This document shows, piece after piece, positions 1 through 9,248 of a stretch of DNA of 64,000 nt. A program made the position numbers and the translations under genes. Under the pieces are notes generated by a model, which saw only the letters and a list, made by a program, of their open reading frames with translations, ran no database searches and was not told the DNA's origin. Source of the DNA: an uncultured Alphaproteobacteria bacterium (lineage in GTDB: Bacteria > Pseudomonadota > Alphaproteobacteria > HIMB59 > GCA-002718135); contig CACKSM010000001.1 of NCBI GenBank assembly GCA_902602885.1, positions 17,550-81,549 of the forward strand. Direction: 5' to 3'. Every line of letters starts with the position of its first letter. Position 1 is the stretch's first letter.

Positions 1-97
1 TCTATGTAACAAAAAGACAAGACTTCCACTTTCTGAAATTAAAGATGATACAAAAATATTAGTAAAAAATTGCCTTGAAGAATTACAGCTTTTATAA
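1..97 (+). CDS. dapA: 3' end of 4-hydroxy-tetrahydrodipicolinate synthase (partial, start outside window)
   Basis: The frame ending at TAA 95-97 reads ..CNKKTRLPLSEIKDDTKILVKNCLEELQLL*, which resembles the DapA C-terminus (RLP(L/M) ... LL). dapA-smpB adjacency is common in Alphaproteobacteria. Only about 31 codons are visible. Confidence 0.45.
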   Translation, partial: LCNKKTRLPLSEIKDDTKILVKNCLEELQLL

Positions 98-544
98 ATG
101 AAAATAATTGCTGCTAACAACAGAGCTAATTATAATTTTTCAGTTTCAAACAAAATAGAAGCAGGTATTGTATTAACTGGATCTGAGGTAAAATCTCTGC
201 GAATAAATACAGGATCTATTCGCGGTTCTTATATTATTGAGCAAAAAGGTGAGTTATGGCTTTCGAATTCTTTTATCAAGAAATATCAGAACTCCAACGA
301 TAAAAACTATGACCCAAGTAGGAATAGAAAGTTATTAGTAACTAAAAAAGAATTTAACAAAATATCAGGTTCAATTAAACAAGGCGGCTTTACAATAATT
401 CCGCTGTCTTTATATTTCTCAGAAAAAGGTCTTGCAAAGTTATCTTGTGGAATTGCGAAGGGTAAGAAAAAAATAGATAAAAGAGAGTCAATAAAACAAA
501 GGGATTGGAACATTAAAAAGCAAAGATTGCTTAAAAATAATTAG
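98..544 (+). CDS. smpB: SsrA(tmRNA)-binding protein SmpB
   Basis: 148 aa. The N-terminus IAANNRANYNFSVSNKIEAGIVLTGSEVKSLR, the DPSRNRKLLVTKKE motif and the basic C-terminal tail are typical of SmpB. Confidence 0.95.
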   Translation: MKIIAANNRANYNFSVSNKIEAGIVLTGSEVKSLRINTGSIRGSYIIEQKGELWLSNSFIKKYQNSNDKNYDPSRNRKLLVTKKEFNKISGSIKQGGFTIIPLSLYFSEKGLAKLSCGIAKGKKKIDKRESIKQRDWNIKKQRLLKNN

Positions 545-582
545 CTATTTACTTTTAATAATTGATCACTATAAGTCCAAAT

Positions 583-999
583 ATGGCAAGAATAACTGTT
601 GAAGATTGTATTGATAAATTCCCAAGTAGATTTGAATTAGTCTTAGTAGCTTCTAATAGAGCAAGAAAATTATATACAGGAGAAAGTCCCACTGTAGAGA
701 TTGATAACGATAAAAATACCGTAATTGCACTAAGAGAAATTGCTGAAGAAACTATAACAAAAGAGAAATTAAAAAATGATTTAATTCAAGAATATCAAAC
801 TAATACCTTTAGTGAAGATGAAGATCTAAATGAAATAGAGGATAATACTAATGAAGATCAAACTGATACAAATCAGATCGCTTCCGAGATTTCGAGTGAG
901 GATGATATAACTGAAGATGAATCTATAGAAGAAACACCTAATGAGACTTCACAGGATAATTTAGAAAACTCATCAGATGAAGAAAAAGATCAAGGTTAA
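583..999 (+). CDS. rpoZ: DNA-directed RNA polymerase subunit omega with long acidic C-terminal tail
   Basis: [30 protein letters not shown] is the canonical omega N-terminus. I place the start at ATG 583 rather than the TTG at 562 in the ORF track. It lies directly upstream of spoT, as in most Proteobacteria. Confidence 0.9.
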   Translation: MARITVEDCIDKFPSRFELVLVASNRARKLYTGESPTVEIDNDKNTVIALREIAEETITKEKLKNDLIQEYQTNTFSEDEDLNEIEDNTNEDQTDTNQIASEISSEDDITEDESIEETPNETSQDNLENSSDEEKDQG

Positions 1000-1045
1000 A
1001 AATAAAGTTAAATTAAAATTTAAGTAAATAATTTAAATATTATTT

Positions 1046-3169
1046 ATGTCACAAGAAATTCACAAGGAATTAGAATCAATCACCTCGTATCTATCAAAAC
1101 AAGAAAAATATAAAGTAATAGATGCTTTAAGATTAAGTCAGGAAGCACATAGTAATCAACTTAGAAAATCAGGAGATCCTTTTATTACTCATCCATTGGA
1201 AGTTGCAAAAATTTTGACATCAATAAAATTAGATGCAGATTCTATTGTTGCTGGTCTACTTCATGATACATTAGAGGATACAAATTTAGATATAGAAGAA
1301 ATTAATAAAAAATTTGGAAATGAAATAGTAGAACTTGTAGAAGGACTTACAAAAATAAATAAATACTCATTAAAAGTAAAAAATCAAAAATTTGGAGAAA
1401 ATTATAAAAAGTTAATATTAGCTACCACAAAAGACCTTAGAGTAATTTTAGTTAAGTTGGCTGATAGATTGCATAATATGAGAACTATTCAATTTATTAA
1501 AGATGAAAATAAAAAAACCAAAATTGCTCTAGAAACATTAGAAGTTTTTTCACCTTTAGCTCAAAGATTGGGCATGAAAGAATGGCAAGATGAATTAGAA
1601 GATATATCATTTGAAATAATAAATCCTGATGCCAAAAAAACAATTATTGAAAGATTGGAATATTTAAAATCAAAGGATGATAATATTGTCGATGAAATTA
1701 GATATGAGTTAAAAAATATTTTTTTTCAGGAAGATTTATTTTGTAAAGTAGAAGGTAGAATTAAATCTCCATATTCAATATGGAATAAGATTAAAAATAA
1801 AAATATTTCTTTCGAGCAACTTTCAGACATTATGGCATTTAGGATTATTACTAATTCAACTAGAGAATGTTATAGATGCTTAGGTATAATCCATAGGCAA
1901 TATCCCTATATTCAAGGAAGATTTAAAGATTTTATTTCTGCTCCAAAATCAAATGGCTATAGGGCACTGCATACTTCAGTAATGGGGCCAAAAAATAAAA
2001 AAATTGAAATTCAATTTCGATCAAACATAATGGATCAAATTGCTGATTTTGGTGTTGCTTCTCATTGGAAATATAAAGATCCAAAAAAAATAAAAGAAAA
2101 AGACGCAAAAGAATATAAGTGGGTATATGATTTAGTGGATTCAATGAATTCCTCAGTTACTCAAGATGAATTAATTCAAAACTCAAAATTGAAAGTCTTT
2201 CAGAATGATATTTTTGTTTTTACTCCAAAAGGAGATCTTATAGAATTGCCTAAAAATGCAACCCCTGTAGATTTTGCATACGCAATTCATAGCCAGATAG
2301 GTGATAAATGTGTAGCAGCTAAAATTAATGATAAGCTACAGCCATTAAAAACTATTTTAAATAATGGTGATCAAATAGAAATTATTACTTCAGAGTCTTC
2401 ACAACCTTCTCCTCTATGGAGGAGATTTGCGGTTACAACAAAAGTTAAATCACAACTTAGAAGATTTTTCAAAAATAAGAAGAGAGAAGAACATATAATT
2501 TTTGGTAGAGAAATATTAATTAACTATTTTCAAAAAGAAAATTATGATTTTAATAATAATATTCAACAAAAAATTCTTGAGGATTTTAATTATAAATCAA
2601 TAGACGATGTATACGCATCAATAGGATCAGGAGAAATTACAGCACTTTCTGTAATTAAAAAAATTTATCCTGAATATAACTACATACCAGTTTCTAAATT
2701 TAATGAAAACACTCAAAATCCTATAAAATTAAAAGGACTAACTGCTGGAATGTCATATCATCTGGCTGGCTGTTGTTCTCCTTTAAAAGGAGATAGTATT
2801 GTTGGTATAGTGACTGCTGGAATTGGTGTTGCCGTTCATACACTTGATTGTGACACACTTACATCCTATCAAGATACTCCAGATAGATGGCTAAATATTT
2901 CTTGGGATAATCAAAGTAGTTTAGAAACAATATCAAATGCAAGAATTGTTGTTGTATTATTTAATAAACCGGGAAGTCTTGGAAAAGTCACAACAGTTAT
3001 TGCAAAAAACAATGGTAATATTTCAAATATTCTTTTTTCAGTAAGGAAGCCTGATTTTTTTGAGATTATAATAGACATTGAGGTCAGAGACGCTAATCAT
3101 TTACAAAATATAATTGCAGCATTAAGAATGGAAAAAGAAGTATCCTCCTTAGAGAGATTAAAAGGTTAA
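1046..3169 (+). CDS. spoT: Bifunctional (p)ppGpp synthetase/hydrolase (RelA/SpoT homolog)
   Basis: 707 aa. It has the HD hydrolase motif (HPLEVAKIL...LLHDTLEDT), a RelA/SpoT synthetase core (YRALHTSV), a TGS region (FVFTPKGDLIELPKNATPVDFAYAIHSQIG) and a C-terminal ACT-like region. Confidence 0.93.
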   Translation: MSQEIHKELESITSYLSKQEKYKVIDALRLSQEAHSNQLRKSGDPFITHPLEVAKILTSIKLDADSIVAGLLHDTLEDTNLDIEEINKKFGNEIVELVEGLTKINKYSLKVKNQKFGENYKKLILATTKDLRVILVKLADRLHNMRTIQFIKDENKKTKIALETLEVFSPLAQRLGMKEWQDELEDISFEIINPDAKKTIIERLEYLKSKDDNIVDEIRYELKNIFFQEDLFCKVEGRIKSPYSIWNKIKNKNISFEQLSDIMAFRIITNSTRECYRCLGIIHRQYPYIQGRFKDFISAPKSNGYRALHTSVMGPKNKKIEIQFRSNIMDQIADFGVASHWKYKDPKKIKEKDAKEYKWVYDLVDSMNSSVTQDELIQNSKLKVFQNDIFVFTPKGDLIELPKNATPVDFAYAIHSQIGDKCVAAKINDKLQPLKTILNNGDQIEIITSESSQPSPLWRRFAVTTKVKSQLRRFFKNKKREEHIIFGREILINYFQKENYDFNNNIQQKILEDFNYKSIDDVYASIGSGEITALSVIKKIYPEYNYIPVSKFNENTQNPIKLKGLTAGMSYHLAGCCSPLKGDSIVGIVTAGIGVAVHTLDCDTLTSYQDTPDRWLNISWDNQSSLETISNARIVVVLFNKPGSLGKVTTVIAKNNGNISNILFSVRKPDFFEIIIDIEVRDANHLQNIIAALRMEKEVSSLERLKG

Positions 3170-3171
3170 AT

Positions 3172-3558
3172 ATGATTATTGGCAATGGAATAGATATTAT
3201 TGATATTAATAGAATTAGAAGAGTAATAGATAAATATGGTAATAAATTTAAAAAAAGATGTTTTAGTAATTCTGAGATAGAAAGATCAGAAAAAAGATTA
3301 AATTCGGTAGAATCTTATGCAAAAAGATACGCTGCTAAAGAGGCTTGCGCTAAAGCTTTGGGTACAGGCCTTGCCAGAGGTGTATTTTGGAAAGATATTG
3401 AAGTTGTAAATAACCAATATGGTAAACCGTTTATAAAACTTCATGGTAAGGCAAGGATAATTTTTAAAAATATGAATAAAACTTCAAATACTCAAATTGA
3501 AGTATCACTTTCTGATGAAAAAAAATACGCAATAGCAAATGTGACAATTTATGACTAA
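3172..3558 (+). CDS. acpS: Holo-[acyl-carrier-protein] synthase
   Basis: 128 aa. GNGIDIIDINRI ... YAKRYAAKEACAKALGTG ... IEV matches the AcpS 4'-phosphopantetheinyl transferase pattern. Confidence 0.9.
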   Translation: MIIGNGIDIIDINRIRRVIDKYGNKFKKRCFSNSEIERSEKRLNSVESYAKRYAAKEACAKALGTGLARGVFWKDIEVVNNQYGKPFIKLHGKARIIFKNMNKTSNTQIEVSLSDEKKYAIANVTIYD

Positions 3559-4285
3559 ATCAAAAAAAAATAGTTTTTTTGGTAATTTGAAATCAATACT
3601 TATAGCAATCTTTATAGCTTTAGTAATTAGATCATTTATATTTGAGCCATTCAATATACCTTCAGGATCAATGAAACCAAATCTTCTTGTGGGTGATTTT
3701 ATTTTTGTTTCAAAATATTCATATGGCTTTTCTAAACATTCCCTTCCATTTTCAATACCTTTAATACCTGGAAAAATATTTTCAAATATACCTGAAAGAG
3801 GTGACGTAGTAGTATTTAAAACCCCTCAAAATAATAGGACTGATTATATAAAAAGAGTAATTGGTCTGCCTGGTGATAAAATAGAAATTAAAAATGGTAT
3901 TGTTTTTATTAATGGATCAGAAATCTTAAGAAAAAAATTAAATGATTTTATAGATACAGATAACAAAACAAGTAATAAAAGAGTTAGAATGTATAATGAA
4001 TATTTTTTTAATAAAGAGATCAATATTCTTGATATAACAGACAATGGTATTGCTGATAATACTCAGCTATTTAATGTCCCAGAAAATCATTTTTTTGTAA
4101 TGGGTGATAACAGAGATAATTCACAAGATAGTAGATTTATAAGTACAGTTGGTTTCATTCCTTATGAAAATTTAGTTGGTAAAGCTCAGTTTATTTTCTT
4201 TTCTTTAGAAAATGCAAGATTTTTACAGATATGGAAATGGCCAAACTCAATTAGATATGAAAGAATTTTTCAAAAAATTCAATGA
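3551..4285 (+). CDS. lepB: Signal peptidase I
   Basis: It has an N-terminal TM segment, the catalytic Ser box IPSGSMKPNL, YIKRVIGLPGD and the GDNRDNSQDSRF box. Confidence 0.93.
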   Translation: MTKSKKNSFFGNLKSILIAIFIALVIRSFIFEPFNIPSGSMKPNLLVGDFIFVSKYSYGFSKHSLPFSIPLIPGKIFSNIPERGDVVVFKTPQNNRTDYIKRVIGLPGDKIEIKNGIVFINGSEILRKKLNDFIDTDNKTSNKRVRMYNEYFFNKEINILDITDNGIADNTQLFNVPENHFFVMGDNRDNSQDSRFISTVGFIPYENLVGKAQFIFFSLENARFLQIWKWPNSIRYERIFQKIQ

Positions 4286-4989
4286 TAGATAGTAAAAAGC
4301 TCAAACTATTTGAAAAAAAGATAAATTATAAATTTAAAAATAATAAATTATTAATTCAATCCCTAACACATCCAAGTTTTTATTTAGAAAATGAAAAAAA
4401 AATTAACATTAATGAATTTGAAAGATTTGAATTTTTAGGTGATCGAGTACTGGGATTAATAATAGCAAATTTATTATTTTCAAAATATAAAAATTTTAAT
4501 GAGGGTGATTTATCTAAGAAATATTCTTACTTAGTTCAAAAAAAATTTTTGTTTAAAATTTCACAAGAATTAAAAATTGAAGAAATACTTCAATACAATT
4601 TTAAAAAAAAAAATAATAAAATGTTAAATTCAATTTTTTCAGATTCAGTTGAATCATTAATTGGTGCAATATTTATAGATGGAGGATATAATCCATCATC
4701 TGATTTTATAAGTAAATTTTGGTCAAAATCTCTAGATATTGAAGTTTCAAAAACCTTAGACCCAAAAACATTATTACAAGAAATATCACAACAACTTTTT
4801 AAAAAACTTCCTGAATACAAATTAATAAAAAAAGAAGGACCGCCTCATTCACCTACATTCACTGTTTCAGTTAAAGTGGTAAATTTGAATACGATCAATT
4901 CAAAAGGTTCTTCAATAAGAGAGGCAGAGAGAAATGCAGCAGAAATTGCATTAAAAAAAATTAATGAAAAGAAAAATATTAAAAATTAG
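4282..4989 (+). CDS. rnc: Ribonuclease III
   Basis: It carries the RNase III signature FERFEFLGDRVLG and a C-terminal dsRBD (GPPHSPTFTV...AERNAAEIALKKI). There is an ATGA overlap with the lepB stop. Confidence 0.93.
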   Translation: MIDSKKLKLFEKKINYKFKNNKLLIQSLTHPSFYLENEKKININEFERFEFLGDRVLGLIIANLLFSKYKNFNEGDLSKKYSYLVQKKFLFKISQELKIEEILQYNFKKKNNKMLNSIFSDSVESLIGAIFIDGGYNPSSDFISKFWSKSLDIEVSKTLDPKTLLQEISQQLFKKLPEYKLIKKEGPPHSPTFTVSVKVVNLNTINSKGSSIREAERNAAEIALKKINEKKNIKN

Positions 4990-5821
4990 TCTTGTCGGTA
5001 AGACTAATGCAGGTAAATCAACTCTATTAAACAACCTTGTTGGTGAGAAAATTTCAATAACAAACAAAAAAATTAATACTACTGAAGATTTTGTTATTGG
5101 TATTGTTAATATTAAAAATACTCAATTAGTTCTATATGATACACCTGGTATCAGCTTTCTTAGAGACAATAAATCACAAAAAAATAAATTGAAAAGAAAT
5201 TTATGGGAAGGCTTAAATCAATCAGATATTATTTTGTATTTAATTGACTCAAAAAAAATTGAATTAAATGATTTAAAAAATGATTTTCCTAAACTTTATG
5301 AATTAAAAAAAAATATTTCAATTATTTTTAATAAAACCGATTTGATAAAAGCAGAAAATTTACTTAAGCATATAAAATTAATTACAGAAAAATATAAAAT
5401 TGAAAAATTTTTTAATATATCGGCTAAAAAAAAATTAGGTTTTGAAAATTTAATTGATTATCTTTTACAAAAATCAAAATATGGAAAGTGGGAATATAAG
5501 GATAATGAAATCACAGACAAAGATGATATTTTTATAACTAATGAATGCACAAGAAATGAGATACTATCACTCATTCATAAAGAAATTCCATATAATATAG
5601 AAGTAACTAATAAAACTTTTAAATATTTGAAAAATGGACAACTAAAAATTAAGCAAGATATTATTATTGAGAATGACAGATACAAAAAAATATTATTAGG
5701 TAGAAAAGGATCTAAAATAAAAGATATTAGAATAAAAAGTCAAAAAGAAATTTCTAATATTTTAGATGTAAAAACTCATCTTTATATTAATATTATTTCA
5801 TCAGATGCAAAAAAAATTTAA
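4964..5821 (+). CDS. era: GTPase Era
   Basis: G1 is GKTNAGKSTL, G3 is DTPG and G4 is NKTD, followed by a C-terminal KH domain (LGRKGSKIKDI). The rnc-era-recO order is conserved. Confidence 0.9.
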   Translation: MKRKILKISLVGKTNAGKSTLLNNLVGEKISITNKKINTTEDFVIGIVNIKNTQLVLYDTPGISFLRDNKSQKNKLKRNLWEGLNQSDIILYLIDSKKIELNDLKNDFPKLYELKKNISIIFNKTDLIKAENLLKHIKLITEKYKIEKFFNISAKKKLGFENLIDYLLQKSKYGKWEYKDNEITDKDDIFITNECTRNEILSLIHKEIPYNIEVTNKTFKYLKNGQLKIKQDIIIENDRYKKILLGRKGSKIKDIRIKSQKEISNILDVKTHLYINIISSDAKKI

Positions 5822-6521
5822 CGGTATACTTATACATTCGAAAGTTTTTAAAGATAATGATTTATTAATTAAATTTTTATCAGATACCGATGAAGTATTC
5901 TCAGGAATTGTATATGGGGGACTTTCAAAGAATAAGAAAAATATAATGCAACTTGGTTTTTTTTTAAATTTAGAAGTTACTTACATTGGAAGTCGCCCAC
6001 CATCAATAAAAGCTGAATTATCAAAACCTTATTTATCAAGTGTTATCAATGATAAATATAAACTAAGCTGCCTACTTTCTGTTGTGTCTTTAATAAATGC
6101 CTCAGTAATCGAAGGGCAGAAAATAAACCAAATATATAAAATTTCTAAAGAGTTTTTAGAAATTATGATTAATAAAAAAAAATGGTTAAATTTCTATTGT
6201 ATCTACTTATTTGATTTACTTAAATTTATTGGATACGAATTGGATTATTTTAATAATAACAGATTCAAATATTTTGATACAGATACTTTAGAATTTAAAG
6301 AAAATTTCTCAAACTATACTATTGATTTTCCTCATCATCTTTTTGTGAATAATTCAAATGTTATATTCGATTATAATTCTTTAAATAATTTTTTTAAAAT
6401 TTTTGAAATTATTTTTATCAAAAATCATTTATCAAATTTAAATCATAAATTGCCAAATCAGTATATTTTATTTAAGAAAAATATAATCAGTTTTTTAGAA
6501 AAAAATGAACAAGATAATTGA
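5805..6521 (+). CDS. recO: DNA repair protein RecO
   Basis: 238 aa. The N-terminal OB-fold-like region (GILIHSKVFKDNDLLIKFLS) and the position immediately after era support the call. The sequence itself is divergent. Confidence 0.75.
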   Translation: MQKKFNGILIHSKVFKDNDLLIKFLSDTDEVFSGIVYGGLSKNKKNIMQLGFFLNLEVTYIGSRPPSIKAELSKPYLSSVINDKYKLSCLLSVVSLINASVIEGQKINQIYKISKEFLEIMINKKKWLNFYCIYLFDLLKFIGYELDYFNNNRFKYFDTDTLEFKENFSNYTIDFPHHLFVNNSNVIFDYNSLNNFFKIFEIIFIKNHLSNLNHKLPNQYILFKKNIISFLEKNEQDN

Positions 6522-8700
6522 ATCTAATTTAGATACCATTCTTAGTGAAAAATATCTTTCTTATGCAATATCAACTATAGTTTCAAGGTCGTTACCTGAT
6601 GTAAGAGATGGTTTAAAACCTGTTCACCGCAGAATAATTTATTCAATGTATCAACTAAAACTTTTCAAAAGTTCAAGTTATAAAAAATGTGCAAGAATTG
6701 TTGGTGATGTGATGGGTAAATTTCATCCTCATGGGGACCAAGCTATTTATGATAGCTTAGTAAGAATGGCACAGGATTTTTCTACAAGAATTACATTAGT
6801 TGATGGCCAGGGTAATTTTGGAAATATTGATGGTGATAATCCTGCAGCAATGCGATACACTGAGGCAAGACTGCAAGATTATACTAATTATTTTTTTGAT
6901 GGTATTGAAGAAAACTCTGTAGATTTTAAAGATAATTATGATGGTCAAAATTTAGAACCAGTGGTTCTACCATCTCAACTTCCTAATATTTTAATTAATG
7001 GAGCTATGGGAATAGCTGTGGGAATGGCCACTAATATTCCTCCCCATAATATTGTTGAATTAATCGATGCATTAAAATTAATAATAAAAAAAGATAAAGC
7101 TTCCCTAACTGAAATTTTAAAAATTATTAATGGACCAGATCTTCCCACAGGTGGTGAAATAATATTAGATAGCAATGAAAAAAAACAAATTTATAAGAAT
7201 GGCAAGGGATCATTTAATATTAATGCCAAATACCAAATAGAAGAATTGAAAAATGGTTTGTATCAAATCATTATTACTGAAATTCCATATCAAGTTAATA
7301 AAGTTAAAATAATCGAACAACTTGCTAATAACATAAATAATAAAAAATTACCTCTGGATGATGTAGTTGATGAGTCTGATGAAAATATTAGAATAGTCTT
7401 AAAACCAAAGACTAGAAATATTGATGCAGAAAAATTAATAAGCTTATGTTTTAAATTAACTGACTTATCTATTAAGTACTCTTGTAATTTTAATGTATTA
7501 ATTGATGGTATTGAACCGAAACAAATTGGAATTATTGAAATACTTTCTAATTTTTTAGATCATAGAAAAGTTACAATTAAAAGAAAATCTAAATTTAATA
7601 TAGAAAAAATTAAAAAGAGACTAGAAATTCTTAAAGGTTATCAAATCGTCTTTAAAAATTTAAATTCTATAATAAAAATAATAAGAACAAAAGATAATCC
7701 CAAAAAAGAATTAATTAAAAAATATAAATTATCTGATTTACAATGTGATTCAATTTTAAGTATGCGTTTAGGATCTCTTAGAAAGATTGATGAAAAAAAT
7801 ATTAAAGATGAAATCCAAAAATTAAATGAAGAATTAAAATACCTTAACAAATTAATAAAAGATAAAAAAACATTAGATAAATTTATAGTAAGTGAATTAG
7901 ATCTTATAAAAAATGATTTAGATAGTGATATAAAGGATAGAAAATCTGTAATTTCATCAGAACAAAATAAAAATACTGATATTAGCATTGATGAATTTAA
8001 AGAAATTGAAAAATTTACCATTATCATTAATAAAGATTTTCAGCTCAAGAGAATTAAAGAGATAACTGATGAAAAGGAAATTGAAAAAATAAAAAAAGAA
8101 AATCTATTTTTGGTTAATTTAAATTCAAATCAAAAAATACTTTTGTTTGTTTCTTCTGGTAAAGTTTACACGATAGATCCAAATATTTTACCAGGTGGAA
8201 ATAGTAATCCTAAATCATTTATTTATTTTGTCGATAGTATGCCAAATGATAAGGTTACTGGATTACTTTCATCAATCGATGAAGAACTCTTAATCGTATC
8301 CAAAAACGCTAAAGGATTTATTAGTAATACTGAATCTCTTGTAACTAATCAAAAGAAAGGCAAGCAATTATTTAATTTAAAAAATAATGATATCGTAATT
8401 AAAGTATTAAATCTTACAAAAAAACATATTGCTTGTGTTACAAAGTTGCAAAAAATGCTAATTTTTGAAATAGATGCTTTGCCAAAATTACAAAAGGGTG
8501 GGGGAGTTCAATTAATTAAAATCAAGAAAGATGATTTTTTATCGGATGTCACTCAATTAACCATTGAAGATGGTTTAGAATGGAGCACTGGTTCTAAAAA
8601 TAGAAAATTGGATGATGTTGAATTTTGGATTGGAAAAAGAGCTCAGGCTGGAAAAAAAGTTCCTAAGTTTTTCAATAAAAATCAGAAATTTGATGGCTAA
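6505..8700 (+). CDS. parC: DNA topoisomerase IV subunit A
   Basis: The type IIA topoisomerase A-subunit N-terminus is present (SRSLPDVRDGLKPVHRRIIYSM, HPHGDQAIYDSLVRMAQDF, AAMRYTEARL). At 731 aa and with no GyrA-box in the C-terminal domain, ParC is favoured over GyrA. Confidence 0.85.
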   Translation: MNKIIESNLDTILSEKYLSYAISTIVSRSLPDVRDGLKPVHRRIIYSMYQLKLFKSSSYKKCARIVGDVMGKFHPHGDQAIYDSLVRMAQDFSTRITLVDGQGNFGNIDGDNPAAMRYTEARLQDYTNYFFDGIEENSVDFKDNYDGQNLEPVVLPSQLPNILINGAMGIAVGMATNIPPHNIVELIDALKLIIKKDKASLTEILKIINGPDLPTGGEIILDSNEKKQIYKNGKGSFNINAKYQIEELKNGLYQIIITEIPYQVNKVKIIEQLANNINNKKLPLDDVVDESDENIRIVLKPKTRNIDAEKLISLCFKLTDLSIKYSCNFNVLIDGIEPKQIGIIEILSNFLDHRKVTIKRKSKFNIEKIKKRLEILKGYQIVFKNLNSIIKIIRTKDNPKKELIKKYKLSDLQCDSILSMRLGSLRKIDEKNIKDEIQKLNEELKYLNKLIKDKKTLDKFIVSELDLIKNDLDSDIKDRKSVISSEQNKNTDISIDEFKEIEKFTIIINKDFQLKRIKEITDEKEIEKIKKENLFLVNLNSNQKILLFVSSGKVYTIDPNILPGGNSNPKSFIYFVDSMPNDKVTGLLSSIDEELLIVSKNAKGFISNTESLVTNQKKGKQLFNLKNNDIVIKVLNLTKKHIACVTKLQKMLIFEIDALPKLQKGGGVQLIKIKKDDFLSDVTQLTIEDGLEWSTGSKNRKLDDVEFWIGKRAQAGKKVPKFFNKNQKFDG

Positions 8701-8750
8701 TTTTGTTTATTTAAATATATTTAAGTTTACTAATATATTTTAATCACAAG

Positions 8751-9248
8751 ATGAAAAATATCGCCAATCTCTTTGACAACATTAATAGATATACGGGGTA
8801 TCTATGTGCATTCCTTGTAGTTTTAATGACAGTAAATGTTTTTATAGTTGTTTTTTTAAGATATTTATTTGGAATAAGCTTTATTTGGTTGCAAGAAACA
8901 TATGTTTGGATGCATGCTTATATTTTTATGGCAGGTGCAGGTTTTACATATTTAAATGATGCTCATGTAAGAATTGATATTATCTATAGAAGTTCGTCAA
9001 AAGTTTATAAGGCAATTGTTGATTTAGTTGGTAATATTTTTTTATTGATGCCTTTTTTATATATAATTTGGTCATATAGTTTTCCTTTTGTTTATAAATC
9101 TTTTCAAATAAATGAAGTCTCTAGAGAAGCTGGAGGTTTACCTATGTTGTTTTTATTAAAAGCAGCAATCTTGATTTTTGCTTTCTTACTTTTTATTCAA
9201 GCACTATCTAAATTAATCAATAATTTCATAATAATTTATCAAAAATGA
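8751..9248 (+). CDS. TRAP transporter small permease (DctQ-like)
   Basis: A 165 aa protein with 4 TM segments lies immediately upstream of a DctM-type large permease and overlaps it by 4 nt. Confidence 0.8.
   Translation: MKNIANLFDNINRYTGYLCAFLVVLMTVNVFIVVFLRYLFGISFIWLQETYVWMHAYIFMAGAGFTYLNDAHVRIDIIYRSSSKVYKAIVDLVGNIFLLMPFLYIIWSYSFPFVYKSFQINEVSREAGGLPMLFLLKAAILIFAFLLFIQALSKLINNFIIIYQK

Noticed and set aside
4603-4613. Homopolymeric A11 tract inside rnc, and A12 at 19443-19454 inside thiL, as possible programmed slippage or phase-variation sites.
   Set aside because: Both read through in frame as Lys-rich segments of full-length, well-conserved proteins. Long A-runs are a compositional by-product here, and no alternative-frame product is evident.
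7641-8027. 128-aa ORF antisense to parC in the six-frame track.
   Set aside because: Its translation is a monotonous F/L/I/S/N-rich string. That is what the reverse complement of a Lys/Glu/Asn/Ile-rich AT-rich coding region produces. It has no RBS and no recognisable motif, and it lies entirely inside a well-supported gene.
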